Positions 62,812 through 64,000 of a stretch of DNA of 64,000 bases are shown in pieces. The number at the start of each line of letters is the position of its first letter. The stretch's first letter is position 1. The stretch is taken from assembly GCA_963754315.1 (NCBI GenBank), contig CAVWFS010000007.1, forward strand, positions 832,001-896,000, in the 5' to 3' direction. Source of the stretch: an uncultured Candidatus Rokubacteria bacterium (lineage in GTDB: Bacteria > Methylomirabilota > Methylomirabilia > Rokubacteriales > CSP1-6). A model generated the notes under the pieces. That model worked only from the letters and a program-made list of their open reading frames with translations, had not been told where the DNA came from and searched no databases. The translations under genes and the position numbers were made by a program.

Positions 62812-64000
62812 TCAGTCCAGCGGACAGTCCTGCTCGTTGAAGCCCTCGAACACGTTCTTGAGTGCCTCATAGTCTCCCCCCGGAAACACCGCGTTGAACA
62901 TGGCGATCACTTCAGCCGCGGTGAGGGCATAGTTGACCCCTGGGGACGACGCGCTCAACAGCGCGGACACGGTGTGACGGCCGAGGGCGTTCAATCCCCC
63001 GCCTCCCAGTGACACCACCTGTCGCAGCGTCCTGTTAGGGAAGGCGTTCGCGAACACGGCTGAGAACAAGGTTTGTGGGGTCAGGGGCGCGGGCCACGAG
63101 TCGAAGTGCTGCGGAGCTTTCCACTAGCCCGGCGTGCACCCCTCGCCGCCCGTCCTCGGCGTGCATTGCGTCACCGCCTGCGCAGTATTGTTCGCTGTTG
63201 CTGTCGTTCGTCGCCGTCACCGTCGCCACGTTGGTGATGGGTCCGCACGGATCGCCCTGCGGCGCCGAGACCTTCAGGGTGAGGACGGCCGACGCCCCGG
63301 GGGCGAGGGTGCCGATGTTCGCCGTGACCGTCCCGCCGCTCTCCGCGCACGATCCCTGCGAGACGACGCACGAGATGAAGCTCGTCCCGGCCGGCAGCGG
63401 GTCCGTGATCACGACATCGTTAGCGGTCGTCCCGCTAACGTTTTGCACGGTGATGAGGTACGTGAGCTCTCCGCCCGGCACGACAGGGTCGGGCGAATCG
63501 ATCTTCGAGATGGCCACATCAGGCTTGCCGGGCTCGCTTGGCGGCTCGCCGCAGAAGTTCTGGGCCGAGGCAAGAGCGGCCGCCGACGGACCCGAGAACG
63601 TGACGTTGCACGGGAAGTCGCCGATGTCGACTATGCCGTTCTGGTTGCCGGCCGCGTCGCACATCGCGGCGACCCCCGGCCGCCAACGACGTCGCCGCGC
63701 TACCCGGCAGGCAGCCCGCTGGTGCAGGAGTCCCGGTCGTGGTCCCGCGCGAACGAACTGCCTGCGGACTGATGAAACACGCCCCCGTGATGCCGATCTC
63801 GCCGCTGAAGGGCCCTGTGGCGCTCACCTGCAGGAATGGCCGACGCTTCACGCTGAACGGGTTGGCGGCAATCTCGATGAAGGCTCCGCCAGCGGCGCTC
63901 CCGGGCGGCAGGGCGTTGGCAATGGTCGCGTGGGACACGTCAACGTCGCCGTCCTCAGAATAGAGCTGGACCCTGAAGAGCCCTGCCAGCACGTGTCCGG
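62812..64000 (-). CDS. Secreted/surface protein with a DUF11 domain (5' outside window, frameshifted)
   Basis: DVAISKIDSPDPVVPGGELTYLITVQN...ITDPLPAG...ITNVATV; C-terminal HTVSALL...FNEQDCPLD. Confidence 0.75.

Noticed and set aside
42049..63700. Frameshifts in dctPQM, GMC oxidoreductase, cyclase and DUF11 genes as real pseudogenes or recoding
   Set aside because: Scattered single-base indels in otherwise intact genes fit long-read error; only the two IS3 A7G sites look programmed.

Overview
High-GC bacterial chromosomal window. The gene content (expanded LLM oxidoreductases, amidohydrolases, NHL-repeat proteins, TRAP/ABC binding proteins, DZR-cyclase-AAA-TPR protein) resembles Ca. Rokubacteria/Methylomirabilota, but that assignment is inference. 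Many conserved genes carry single-base frameshifts, and about 25.4-29.3 kb is garbled, so this is probably an error-prone long-read contig. 1-22.3 kb: a cell-wall cluster (PBP1B, RlpA, M23 peptidase, OmpA), aroA, catabolic enzymes, transporters, CopA and an ECF sigma factor. About 22.3-38.9 kb: a candidate integrated element between divergent aldolase and ubiD genes. It holds a large serine recombinase (LSR) lacking its own stop codon, whose missing C-terminal tail appears at the far end of the island in two copies. It also holds an RHH protein, a toprim primase whose halves lie on opposite strands, a type I R-M hsdM/hsdS pair broken by two IS3-family elements (one carrying a nested two-tyrosine-recombinase transposon), and secreted/lipoprotein cargo. 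39-64 kb: UbiD, ABC/TRAP transport, hydrolases, oxidoreductases, a cNMP-binding protein, a cyclase, an MNT-HEPN toxin-antitoxin pair and a partial DUF11 protein. No rRNA, tRNA or CRISPR array was recognised.
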